Shown: in pieces, positions 53,094 to 64,000 of the stretch | How positions within the stretch are numbered: position 1 is the first letter of the stretch | Layout: every line of letters begins with the position of its first letter | Source: Pedobacter sp. | GTDB lineage: Bacteria > Desulfobacterota > Desulfuromonadia > Desulfuromonadales > Syntrophotaleaceae | Assembly (NCBI GenBank): GCA_050253415.1 | Contig: JBFWJC010000001.1 | Coordinates: 64,001 to 128,000, forward strand | DNA length: 64,000 nt | Direction of reading: 5' to 3' | Notes under the pieces: generated by a model | Databases searched by the model: none | What the model was told of the DNA's origin: nothing | Seen by the model: only the letters and a program-made list of their open reading frames with translations | Program-made: the position numbers and the translations under genes

Positions 53094-54968
53094 ATGACGG
53101 TGTGGGCAAAAAGTTGGGCAATGCGTTTTTCCCTGACGCTGCTGGTGGCGTTGGCGCTACCGGTCTGGAGCCTGGCTCAGGTCGAGCCCCCCCCTGCTCT
53201 CTTGCAACTGGCTGCCGGTCAGGACCGCTACGAGGTGGGTCCGCACATGGAGATCTTGTTGGATCCCGACAACCGGTGGACCATCGAGGAAGTCTCCTCC
53301 CCCTCGTTTTCCCATGCCTTCTCCCCTGTTCATTCTCCGACTCTCAACCTGGGCCTCACCAAAACTACTGTCTGGCTGCGTTTCGCCATATCCGGGGATC
53401 CACCGGGCGTTTTTCAGGGGCCACGCGCCGTACCCTGGTTGCTCGACCTCGGCTGGCCCTTTTTCTCCAAGGTCGACTCCTACATCCTCCGGCCTTCAGC
53501 AACGGGGGCGTCTGGGAAAATCGTAAAATTCCCCCACAACAAGAGCCACCCGCCTTTCGCAGACGAGATTGCAGAAAAAACCGGATTAATCATCCGCCTG
53601 CCCAGGCTTACGGCCCCGCAACAGGCCATCTACCTGAAGCTGCAGGCCGATAGCGTCTTTTTTCTGCACCCCGTGATCTGTTCGGTCAGGCACTACCTGC
53701 AAGCATCCACCCATCGAATGCTATGGTTCGGTCTTTACTTCGGCATTCTTCTGGCTCTTCTGTTCTACAATCTGTTTCTCTATTTTTGCCTGCGGGATCG
53801 TAGTTACCTCTGGTATGTCGCCTCCATGGGCGCTATCGGGCTGTATTTCCTGGGCACCAATCGACTGACCTATGAATACCTGATCAGTTTTCCGCCAATG
53901 GCGGCACTTCGTCTCAACCTTGGCGTACTTGCCCTCAGCATGGTGGCTCAGCTTCTGTTTGTCCGGAGTTTTCTGCAGGTGCGCCAAAGGGCGCCACGGC
54001 TTGACCGCATCATCAGGGGCGTCATCGTTTTACAGCTGGCGATGATGCTACCAGTCCCTTTCGCGTCTATCGCATTTCTCGATCAGTGCTACACCCTGGC
54101 AGGTTTCAGTTTTCCCTTTGTAATCATAACAACGGCCGTTATTTCCTGGCGCAGAGGTTATCGACCAGCGCGGTTTCTGGTCCTTTCCTGGGGTCTCTAC
54201 GGCTTCTGCGTCCTGACTTACGTTCTGACCTTTCGCGGGATATTGCCCTTCAGCGGACTCACTCTGCACAGTTTTCAGCTAGGCTCGGCGCTGGAAGCCA
54301 TTCTGCTCTCTTGCGCGCTGGCCGACCGGATCAACCTGTTGCGCCGGGAACGGGAAGAGTTAAGTCGCAGCGAACGCCGCCAAAGGGAGCTGGCTATCAC
54401 CGATACCTTGACCGGTCTTTTTAACCTGCGCTATTTCCGGGCCCAAATCGACCTCGAACTGGAACTGGCGGACCGGCTGGATCAGAAGCTGACACTGATG
54501 ATGCTCGACGTGGATAATTTCAAGATGTTCAACGACCGCTGCGGCCATCAAGAAGGGGACAGGGTGCTGGCCGCCCTGGGAATGATCATGACCTCTTGTG
54601 TGCGGGAAAGGGATATCCCCTGCCGTTATGGCGGCGAGGAGTTCGCCATTATCCTGCCAAGTGGCCAGAATTCAACGGCGATTGAGATCTACGAGCGAAT
54701 CAATGCGGAACTGGCGAGCCACCACTTCGGTTCCGGTGAAGAGGACTGCGGCAAAGTGACCTTGAGCATCGGCGTTGCCGAGCATGTGCCCGGAGAACGG
54801 GCCGAAACCCTCGTGCGCAGAGCCGATCAGGCCCTTTATGAGGCCAAAGCCCGGGGCAGAAATCAGATCATTATCGCCAGCAGAGAGCCTGAAATGGCCT
54901 TTTTCTCCTGCATAAACGAACCGGTTTCCGAAGATCGGACCTCCTCCCCTACCTACCCTCAGCTGTAA
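53094..54968 (+). CDS. 7TMR-DISM sensor diguanylate cyclase
   Basis: Signal peptide, DISMED2-like region (NLG....VWLRF), 7TM region (YNLFLY...YLWY), DTLTGLFN, RERD I-site and GGEEF. Confidence 0.88.
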   Translation: MTVWAKSWAMRFSLTLLVALALPVWSLAQVEPPPALLQLAAGQDRYEVGPHMEILLDPDNRWTIEEVSSPSFSHAFSPVHSPTLNLGLTKTTVWLRFAISGDPPGVFQGPRAVPWLLDLGWPFFSKVDSYILRPSATGASGKIVKFPHNKSHPPFADEIAEKTGLIIRLPRLTAPQQAIYLKLQADSVFFLHPVICSVRHYLQASTHRMLWFGLYFGILLALLFYNLFLYFCLRDRSYLWYVASMGAIGLYFLGTNRLTYEYLISFPPMAALRLNLGVLALSMVAQLLFVRSFLQVRQRAPRLDRIIRGVIVLQLAMMLPVPFASIAFLDQCYTLAGFSFPFVIITTAVISWRRGYRPARFLVLSWGLYGFCVLTYVLTFRGILPFSGLTLHSFQLGSALEAILLSCALADRINLLRREREELSRSERRQRELAITDTLTGLFNLRYFRAQIDLELELADRLDQKLTLMMLDVDNFKMFNDRCGHQEGDRVLAALGMIMTSCVRERDIPCRYGGEEFAIILPSGQNSTAIEIYERINAELASHHFGSGEEDCGKVTLSIGVAEHVPGERAETLVRRADQALYEAKARGRNQIIIASREPEMAFFSCINEPVSEDRTSSPTYPQL

Positions 54969-55321
54969 AAAAATTGCGTCAAACAACCGCATTTACAGCT
55001 GGCCCAGGGATAGCCTGCCAGACTCCTCAGCCTGATTCGCCAGGATATCGGAGAGGCTGAAGTCAAAATTGAGAACGAACTGTATTTTTTTTGACGTGCA
55101 TTACAAAATTCAGAATGTTCCTGCATCGCAAATACAAAAAGCCGTCGATCGCAGGATCGAAAGCTTTTGTCATGGACCTAAGATCGAGGACAGCCAACCC
55201 CTTGCATTGGCCAGCCATTTGAATAAATCTCGTAGCGCTTGGAATTTAAGAAGCGCTCGGCGGTGCGGGGTATGGCCGCTTGCTGCAAGAATTTCCAGGA
55301 TGGCAAGAAGTGTCTATCGGC

Positions 55322-55504
55322 TCAAGCCTCTTTTTCACGTAGTAGAGCTATTTTCCGTTCGGCTTCTTCATGGGTTAGCACCACCGACTCGGGCTCAAGG
55401 GTACGCCGCTCGTCCAGGTACAACGAAACTTCGACGACATGGGTGCCATGGTCGTAAAAAGACACAACCACACCATAGTCGATAAACTCAAAAATCTTTT
55501 CCAT
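55322..55504 (-). CDS. Small acidic hypothetical protein (60 aa)
   Basis: CAGGAG RBS and ATG start; protein-like composition. Confidence 0.6.
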   Translation of the reverse strand: MEKIFEFIDYGVVVSFYDHGTHVVEVSLYLDERRTLEPESVVLTHEEAERKIALLREKEA

Positions 55505-55994
55505 GACATTCTCCTGCCGGATGACGGGCTTGACCCCGCAACTGATAAAACAGATTATTCCATCTGCTTATGCCCCTGGCTCCAGTAAATAGAGAGTTCC
55601 GTGCCAAAGCTGGAAACACATTCTCGCCACTCGCTCGCTGCATTCACCGGAGGCACAAACTCAAAGCGCTTAAATATGGCTCAAAACCAGTCTGGTGTCC
55701 ATCCGGAAACTCAGGACACCTATGATTGCCCAATCCGGCCACCTACGCCGCAATCGAATTTCCCGTCTGCAATCCTATTTTGGTTATGGTGATTTAAAGA
55801 AACAATTTCTTCCATGGCTTAAATTTTTGATAATAGGGTGGGACTGTAAATCCATACCTTTGTTGTCGGGAAGGTCATTTCAAGACGAACTACCTGAGAA
55901 CGTCAAGCGATTCTTGGGGGAGGCTCTACGGAGAGTTGGTGGACCTGGAGGGAATGCTCAAAGAAATTGAATACGGTGATTGCCGAATGAGGCA

Positions 55995-58010
55995 TTAACG
56001 TTTGTTTGGGGGCACAATTTCGTACTTTTCCATCTTCCGATACATCGTTGACCGACCGATGCCGATTTCCTTTGCCGCTTTTAAAATCTGCCATTGGTGT
56101 TGTTTCAAAGCATCCAGAATAACCTTCTTCTCTGCCTGCTCCATCGTACTCCACGAATGCCCTTCGGACGCCACCGATTGGGCCTTTGCAGGTGCAGACG
56201 TTTCAATTTGCCGTTGCAAAGCGGTCAGTTCCGGGCTAGCGACCTCTTCCGGCAAACAGCTCAGGGTGATGCACTCGCCGTTGGACATGGCCAACGCATA
56301 GCGCAAAACGTTGCGTAACTGACGAATATTTCCCGGCCAGTCATAGCGGGTCAGCAGAGCCATGGCCGCCTGTTCGATAAAAATCGCACCGACCTCCGTT
56401 CCTGCCTCAATAGCCAAGGCCGTATGAATAAGCTGAACGAGGTCGGTCCGCTGGCGCAGCGGCGGCAAAACAAAGGAGATGCCCTTGAGGCGATAGAAGA
56501 GGTCTTCCCGGAAACTGCCCTCGGCCACCATATCATGGATATTGCGATGGGTGGCGCAGACCACATTCAAGTCTACGGGAAGTGGATTGCCGCCCCCCAA
56601 GGGGGTGATTTCTTTTTCTGCCAGCACCCGCAACAAGCGGGGCTGCAGGCTGATCGGCATATCGCCAATCTCATCGAGAAACAAAGTGCCACCGTTCGAC
56701 TGCACAATCTTGCCCTGCATACCCTTGCTGAGCGCCCCGGTAAAGGCACCTGCCTTGTAACCAAACAGTTCGCTTTCGATAAGCGATTCCGGAATCGACG
56801 CACAGTTGATCGCGACGAACGGCTTGTTGGCACGCCTGCTGGCATTGTGAATGGCGCGGGCGAACACCTCCTTGCCGGTGCCGGTTTCACCATTAAGCAA
56901 TACAGGGATGTTTTTGTCTACGACCCGCTCGATACGGGTAACCATGTCTCTCAATCTGCGGTCGGCACCGGCCAGATGATCGAGACTCAGAGGCTCGTCA
57001 ACAGTGAGCTTTTTAAATGGTATGGTCTTGGCCGGCTTAAGTTGATGGTCCTGAATCGGTTTGATGCTAATAGCTTGGGGTGACCGCAGAGTAGCGAAAT
57101 AATGGGCACCATTGGTAACAGTCCGAATTGGCCAGACCATGTCTGATTTACCCGCATAGTAGAGCAATTGGTCGAATTTGATGTCGAAAATGTCACCGAT
57201 GTTGCGACCTATCAAAGCATTGTAAATGCTACCGCCAAATTGCTTCCTGGCCGTTTGATCGGCAGCAAGCACGGTCCCGTCGCCACTAAGGGCAAACAGG
57301 CAGTTCCTGGTCACCTCGGCCATTTCCCGATTATTGCAGATACACAACACCCACTGGTCTTCAAATTGGTTAAAAAAGTAGGCTGCCTCGATAAGCCGGG
57401 CGGTCTGTGTGACCAGTTGCAGGGCCAAATACTGGCTGTCCTTGGAATCAGGCGAACGCAGAGCCGAAATATCAACCAAACCCAGCATCTCGCCAAAGGG
57501 GTCGAGAATCGGTGCCGCAGAGCACGTCAGACTGGCGTTGGTGACCCGGAAGTGTTCGCCCTTGTGGATGGTTATTGCTCGCTTTTCGACCAGGCAGGTA
57601 CCGACGGCACAGGTTCCTTCTTCTTCTTCAGCCCAAATCGAGCCAAGGTAAAGACCGGCTTTTTTCCATTCCCGGACCTGTCGATCATCACCGAGCCAAT
57701 CGAGGGTAGTGACGTTGCGATCACACAGCAGGGCACAATAGCCAAGGGCCGAAACCTGGCTGAAAAGATCCCTGACTCCAGGCCGGGCGATACGTATGAA
57801 GTCGTCGACGGCCTCCGCATGCTCTTTGAACTCGCGGTCGGTAAGTATTTTAACCCGGGCGGCGTCAGCGGGATCAATACCGTACTGATGCAGGCTTCGC
57901 TGCCATGAACAGAGTATCGGTGCGTCAACAGAGTCTGTAACGGTGCCGCCGGTCTGGGCGATCGCCGAGTAGACTTTCTCAATATGGTGCTTTTTCTTTA
58001 AGAGGGCCAT
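55995..58010 (-). CDS. acoR: Sigma54-dependent activator, AcoR family (GAF-AAA+-Fis HTH)
   Basis: SWQRS and W.E...GT.AVGT GAF motifs, GETGTGKE, GAFTGA, FLDEIGDMP, WPGNIRQL and Fis HTH; adjacent to a butanediol dehydrogenase. Confidence 0.88.
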   Translation of the reverse strand: MALLKKKHHIEKVYSAIAQTGGTVTDSVDAPILCSWQRSLHQYGIDPADAARVKILTDREFKEHAEAVDDFIRIARPGVRDLFSQVSALGYCALLCDRNVTTLDWLGDDRQVREWKKAGLYLGSIWAEEEEGTCAVGTCLVEKRAITIHKGEHFRVTNASLTCSAAPILDPFGEMLGLVDISALRSPDSKDSQYLALQLVTQTARLIEAAYFFNQFEDQWVLCICNNREMAEVTRNCLFALSGDGTVLAADQTARKQFGGSIYNALIGRNIGDIFDIKFDQLLYYAGKSDMVWPIRTVTNGAHYFATLRSPQAISIKPIQDHQLKPAKTIPFKKLTVDEPLSLDHLAGADRRLRDMVTRIERVVDKNIPVLLNGETGTGKEVFARAIHNASRRANKPFVAINCASIPESLIESELFGYKAGAFTGALSKGMQGKIVQSNGGTLFLDEIGDMPISLQPRLLRVLAEKEITPLGGGNPLPVDLNVVCATHRNIHDMVAEGSFREDLFYRLKGISFVLPPLRQRTDLVQLIHTALAIEAGTEVGAIFIEQAAMALLTRYDWPGNIRQLRNVLRYALAMSNGECITLSCLPEEVASPELTALQRQIETSAPAKAQSVASEGHSWSTMEQAEKKVILDALKQHQWQILKAAKEIGIGRSTMYRKMEKYEIVPPNKR

Positions 58011-58329
58011 GGCTGCCGAAAAGTATGCGTGAGGGGCAAGCTATGATTAATTCTGATCAGGACTGGTATCTGAGATGAAATATAACGTAAAAAAATCGAT
58101 TTTGGGAAGATGCGACATAAAACACTATTTTATAGCAGGTCAGCCGATCTTAAAACTACCCTGCCATACCCATCAAGTTTTTGAATCCTTCCTCATTGAT
58201 TCTCCATTTTCTGTTCCCTGTTTCCTATAATCTTGCAGTAATGGGTATGACCCCATCGAATTATGCAGAGGCCATTTTACTGCTACTGGAGAGGGGGAAA
58301 CATGTGCCCCCCCACTATGGGCAGTTTGC

Positions 58330-58345
58330 GGGGGGGGGGGGGGGG
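58330..58345. repeat. G16 homopolymer, potentially pairing with C7 at 58307-58313
   Basis: Direct reading of the sequence. Confidence 0.9.
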
Positions 58346-58389
58346 ACACTCACATCTCCCGAAAGAAGAAAAGGGGAGAGAAAAAATGT

Positions 58390-59199
58390 TTAGTTCAGAA
58401 CAATTCCACCGTCGATCATAACCGACTGACCGGTCATGTAATCGGCGTCTTCGGATGCGAGATAGGAGATATATCCGGCAACCTGCTCCGGCTTTCCGAC
58501 TTCTTTCGCGAGAATGGCACTATCCACATAAGCCTTAAGGGTTTCTCCTTTGGCTGCGCCGGTGTACGCGCCGATCTTCTCATCGATGAGATCCCACATA
58601 TCGGTGCCTACGATGCCCGGGCAGTATCCATTGACCGTGATTTTATATTCGGCCATCTCCTTGGCAAAGGCCTGCGTATATCCCCGAACGGCAAACTTGG
58701 AACAGCTGTAAACAGGCAGGAATGCGAAGCCCGAGTGTCCGGCAATACTGCAGCAATTGATGATTTTACCACCGCTACCCAGATAGCCTTTATTACCTTG
58801 CTTGATCATCTGCTTGGCTGCCGCATTATCCGTGAGAATCACACCCTTGACGTTCACGGCGAGCTGTTTATCGATATCCTCAGGGGTATGATCGACCCCC
58901 AGCTTAACGATACCGATACCGGCGTTTGCCACCATAATGTCGAGTTTTCCAAATTGCTCGACCGTTTTAGCCACCAGCGCTTCAACATCCGCTTCTTTGG
59001 TCACATCGGCCATGAACGCCATACTTTTCCCGCCGGCAGCTTCGATCTCAGCTACAACTTTTTGCGCGTTTTCCATCATGACATCGCTTATCACAACGGC
59101 AGCACCGTCAGACGCCAATCTCATGGCGATGGCCTTTCCGATTCCACGACCCGAGCCTGTTACGATTGCAACTTTTCCCGCCAGTTTCTTGTCTGCCAT
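58390..59199 (-). CDS. budC: Acetoin reductase / 2,3-butanediol dehydrogenase (SDR)
   Basis: TGSGRGIG, NAGI, YSCSKFAVRG.TQ..A.E and VNGYCPGIVGTDMW, typical of BudC/ButA. Confidence 0.88.
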   Translation of the reverse strand: MADKKLAGKVAIVTGSGRGIGKAIAMRLASDGAAVVISDVMMENAQKVVAEIEAAGGKSMAFMADVTKEADVEALVAKTVEQFGKLDIMVANAGIGIVKLGVDHTPEDIDKQLAVNVKGVILTDNAAAKQMIKQGNKGYLGSGGKIINCCSIAGHSGFAFLPVYSCSKFAVRGYTQAFAKEMAEYKITVNGYCPGIVGTDMWDLIDEKIGAYTGAAKGETLKAYVDSAILAKEVGKPEQVAGYISYLASEDADYMTGQSVMIDGGIVLN

Positions 59200-59683
59200 T
59201 TGGTGTATCCTTTCCATGCTGTTGTTTAAAACAATGGGCACCATGCCCCGCAAAAGAAATAACAACCTTACTGGTGACTAATTTATAGTTCTTCCAAACA
59301 AACAGAAACATTGGTTAAATTAATATACTTACGATAATTTTTACTGAAGTATATACAATGTTTAAAAACTACTATTTTACTATATTGTTTCCAATACAAA
59401 CTATAAAAACCACAAAAACCTATGAAGTGTTTTGATGTTTACGTTAAGGAAATGGTATATTGGTTATTGAAATTGTCAATACCGTTGAATTTTATTTCAA
59501 AAAAAATATGTGTTTATTATAAATACTGTAAGAATAAACCAGTCAATGACACGCTTGTCACCGATAAGTGAATCTATCTGTATAAAACAGAAAAGACTGT
59601 GAATCGAAAATAGTAATTAGCACTCCTATACCACCTCAAAAACTAGAAACAAACACCGTTTTGGCAACTCCCACTTCGACATT

Positions 59684-59700
59684 CGCAACCAACATGCCGA
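59684..59700 (-). promoter_or_regulatory. Sigma54 (-24/-12) promoter upstream of budC
   Basis: Minus strand TCGGCATGTTGGTTGCG gives GG-N10-GC, close to TGGCAC-N5-TTGC. Confidence 0.65.
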
Positions 59701-59843
59701 ACAGTAAAAGCATGGCCAACATAATTTGACTTAATCAAAACGAGACTCCATAAATTGCTGTCTTAAAAACGCTTTTCCGATTTTTATTTTTTTTAAAGGC
59801 GCCCCTTTATAAATAAACACCGCCTTGACTGGCTGTCAGACTC

Positions 59844-59898
59844 TGCCCCAGAGTGGGATTGCTGCCCCAATCCGGGGCATGTGTCTCAAAACCCCCTG
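59844..59898. promoter_or_regulatory. Candidate AcoR enhancer sites (three, 19-bp period)
   Basis: TGCCCC-N5-GGGATT (59844), TGCCCC-N5-GGGGCA (59863, perfect palindrome) and a TGTCTC half-site (59882). Confidence 0.5.
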
Positions 59899-59995
59899 AG
59901 ATTTGTTGGCATACCCTCCCCAGACAAGTGTTATGTCGTTTTTTGACCAAGAAAGTTCGAGGGCAGAGGGTTGTTTTTACGCGTGCCTTAAAAGT

Positions 59996-60029
59996 AAAAA
60001 GCCCGTCAAGTTCACTTGACGGGCTTTTT
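59996..60029. terminator. Bidirectional rho-independent terminator
   Basis: AAAAAGCCCGTCAAG-TTCA-CTTGACGGGCTTTTT. Confidence 0.85.
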
Positions 60030-60103
60030 ATATCTGGCGGCTAGTAAATTTTAGAAACAGAAAAAGGCCTATCTTGCCATTTTGTAGGCCCCAATCTCCC
60101 CTG

Positions 60104-60383
60104 TTAAATGATTTTACCCAATTTCCTGAGCCAGCCCGCAATATCGCTTTCCGCCCTCTGCACGCTTGCGCGTCGGATCGCAAGTCCTTTCAACACATTG
60201 GCATTGGTGCATAGCCTTCTGATATCCCTCTCACTGTGACCCATCCCGCTCCCTTCGTGGGTACAAAACGGAATAATGGTTTTGCCGGAAAAGTCGTACC
60301 TTTCAAGGAATGTACATACCGCCATCGGCATCGCCCCCCCACCAGTTGGGATAGCCGAGATAAACCACGCTGTAATCGGCCAT
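60104..60383 (-). pseudogene. Flavodoxin remnant (5'-truncated and frameshifted)
   Basis: One frame gives MADYSVVYLGYPNWWG; after a G7 run a second frame gives AMPMAVCTFLERYDFSGKTIIPFCTHEGSGMG. The N-terminal FMN-phosphate loop is absent. Confidence 0.8.
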
Positions 60384-60434
60384 GGCTTTTCCGAACCACG
60401 CACGGGTTTTCCAGATGGTTTTCGTGGCTGTAGC

Positions 60435-62677
<2,243 letters not shown>

Positions 62678-62750
62678 GTTTTTTCTCCTGAATGCATCAA
62701 GGATGGGTTTTGATTTGTCCTGATCATACGTAAGACACGAGTGAAACCGG

Positions 62751-62785
62751 TAGACCGATCCTGCGCGATTCTTGCACGATCGTCC
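62751..62785 (-). promoter_or_regulatory. Candidate AraC (YqhC-type) direct-repeat operator
   Basis: Minus strand GGACGATCGTGCAA and GCAGGATCGGTCTA, 21 bp apart, upstream of the ADH gene. Confidence 0.55.
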
Positions 62786-62872
62786 GAAATCACGGAAAAC
62801 AGTTGTCTGGAGAGCCAAAGTTGAGTAGGTTGAAATCAGGGAAAAGCTACTTGACGATGGGGGTTTGTTATA

Positions 62873-63796
62873 ATGAGCGAGCGCAGCGAACGGAATGTCG
62901 CCATGAAGGCGTTAGGCGAAAGCATTGCCCGATTGACCGAGCAAGGGGATTTGCAAACAACGGCCATTCCGGGGTTGTCGCTGTTTCGGCGGACTGAGAC
63001 CACCGAGCCGATTACCGGCATGTACCAGCCGAGCATCTGTCTGGTTGCGCAAGGTGCCAAGCGCGTGAAGCTGGGCGACGAAACCTTCGTCTACGACGCA
63101 CAGCACTACCTTATCACCTCGGTGCATCTGCCGACGGTCGTGCAGATCATCGAAGCCAGTCCGGAAAAGCCCTACCTGGGGCTGCGGTTAACGTTCAACC
63201 TGGGTGAGGTCGCCCAACTGATGGCGGACAGCCAGCTTCCGCCGCCGCGGACCCAGCAGTCGAGCCGCGGCATGGCAATCGGGGAGGTCACTTCTCCGCT
63301 GCTGACCGCCTTCCTGCGGTTAATCGACCTGCTTGACGAGCAGCAGGATATCCCGATCCTCGCCCCGATTATTCAGCGGGAAATCATCTACCGGTTGCTG
63401 GTGGGAGACCAAGGTACACGTCTGCGACAGATCGCATCGGCAGGGAGCCAAAGCCATCAGATCGCCCGGGCCATCGACTGGCTGAAGACCAACTTCACAC
63501 AACCGCTAAGTATCGATGCCCTTGCTGCGCAAGCCAGCATGAGCAGCTCAACGTTCCATCACCACTTCCGGTCGATGACCGCCTTGAGCCCGTTACAGTA
63601 TCAGAAGCAGCTCCGTCTGCAGGAAGCCAGGCGTTTGATGCTGGCCGAACATCTGGATGCCGCAACCGCAGGGTTTCAGGTCGGCTATGAAAGCCCTTCG
63701 CAATTCAGCCGGGAATACAGCCGTTTGTTCGGCGCACCACCTTTGCGTGATATCGCGAGCTTGCGGCAAATGGTTGCCATCAACGATGGCAATTGA
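62873..63796 (+). CDS. AraC family regulator (YqhC-like, AraC_N domain)
   Basis: TAIPGLSL, P...LVAQGAK, REIIYRLL, SPLQYQKQLRL and VGYESPSQFSREY motifs. Confidence 0.93.
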   Translation: MSERSERNVAMKALGESIARLTEQGDLQTTAIPGLSLFRRTETTEPITGMYQPSICLVAQGAKRVKLGDETFVYDAQHYLITSVHLPTVVQIIEASPEKPYLGLRLTFNLGEVAQLMADSQLPPPRTQQSSRGMAIGEVTSPLLTAFLRLIDLLDEQQDIPILAPIIQREIIYRLLVGDQGTRLRQIASAGSQSHQIARAIDWLKTNFTQPLSIDALAAQASMSSSTFHHHFRSMTALSPLQYQKQLRLQEARRLMLAEHLDAATAGFQVGYESPSQFSREYSRLFGAPPLRDIASLRQMVAINDGN

Positions 63797-63966
63797 TTAC
63801 TGCGGAAGCGAAGTGTACGTGTAGACAGGCATCCACCGCCACCCGTTTACAGGCAACCCCGATTAGACAACGCTCTGGGCAATGATAAACTTGGGTGCAA
63901 GTATTTAGAGTGCCTGCCATGCGCAACCGCATGAATGACTCCGGCTGTTTTCGCACAGGAGGAACA

Positions 63967-64000
63967 ATGAAAATCACCTTCCACGGTGCAGCCCGGACCG
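63967..64000 (+). CDS. Start of a probable MBL-fold (beta-CASP) hydrolase, truncated by the window edge
   Basis: AGGAGG RBS followed by MKITFHGAART, a typical beta-CASP N-terminus. Confidence 0.6.
   Translation, partial: MKITFHGAART

Noticed and set aside
58181..58393. 70-aa ORF spanning the poly-G tract
   Set aside because: TTG start without an RBS; the poly-Gly is simply the homopolymer.

Overview
64 kb of bacterial chromosome, mostly GC-rich and gene-dense. Gene order and content (hrcA-grpE-dnaK-dnaJ, carD-ispD-ispF-glnS-cysS-uvrB, nadA-mfd-ppiC-surA-pdxA-uvrA, rubrerythrin, sigma54 AcoR-type activator plus 2,3-butanediol dehydrogenase) suggest a Desulfuromonadales (Pelobacter/Syntrophotalea-like) genome; this is an inference. 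The first ~39 kb is mainly housekeeping, with tandem NhaD antiporters and a perfect CIRCE operator. The last ~24 kb is more accessory: atypical radical SAM enzymes, cmoAB, redox proteins, two of the window's three GGDEF proteins, a lone Mu GemA-like gene, an AT-rich acetoin/butanediol locus and a YqhC/YqhD-type aldehyde detoxification locus with a broken flavodoxin. I saw no rRNA, tRNA, CRISPR array, transposase or integrase. The most unusual unexplained structures are: (i) a family of intergenic hairpins built from 7-bp and 9-bp tandem repeats that separate single genes like cassettes (34.1 kb and 44.7-46.3 kb); (ii) a pair of unrecognised tandem small paralogous proteins plus a possible pilin-like micro-ORF (20.9-21.8 kb); (iii) a TRAM-less methylthiotransferase-like enzyme and a THUMP/radical SAM pair around cmoAB; (iv) a hemW gene with no obvious start codon; and (v) readable regulatory logic (a Crp/Fnr class II site, a sigma54 promoter with triple enhancer, a G16 tract). 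Product calls come from motif recognition only; no database searches were run.
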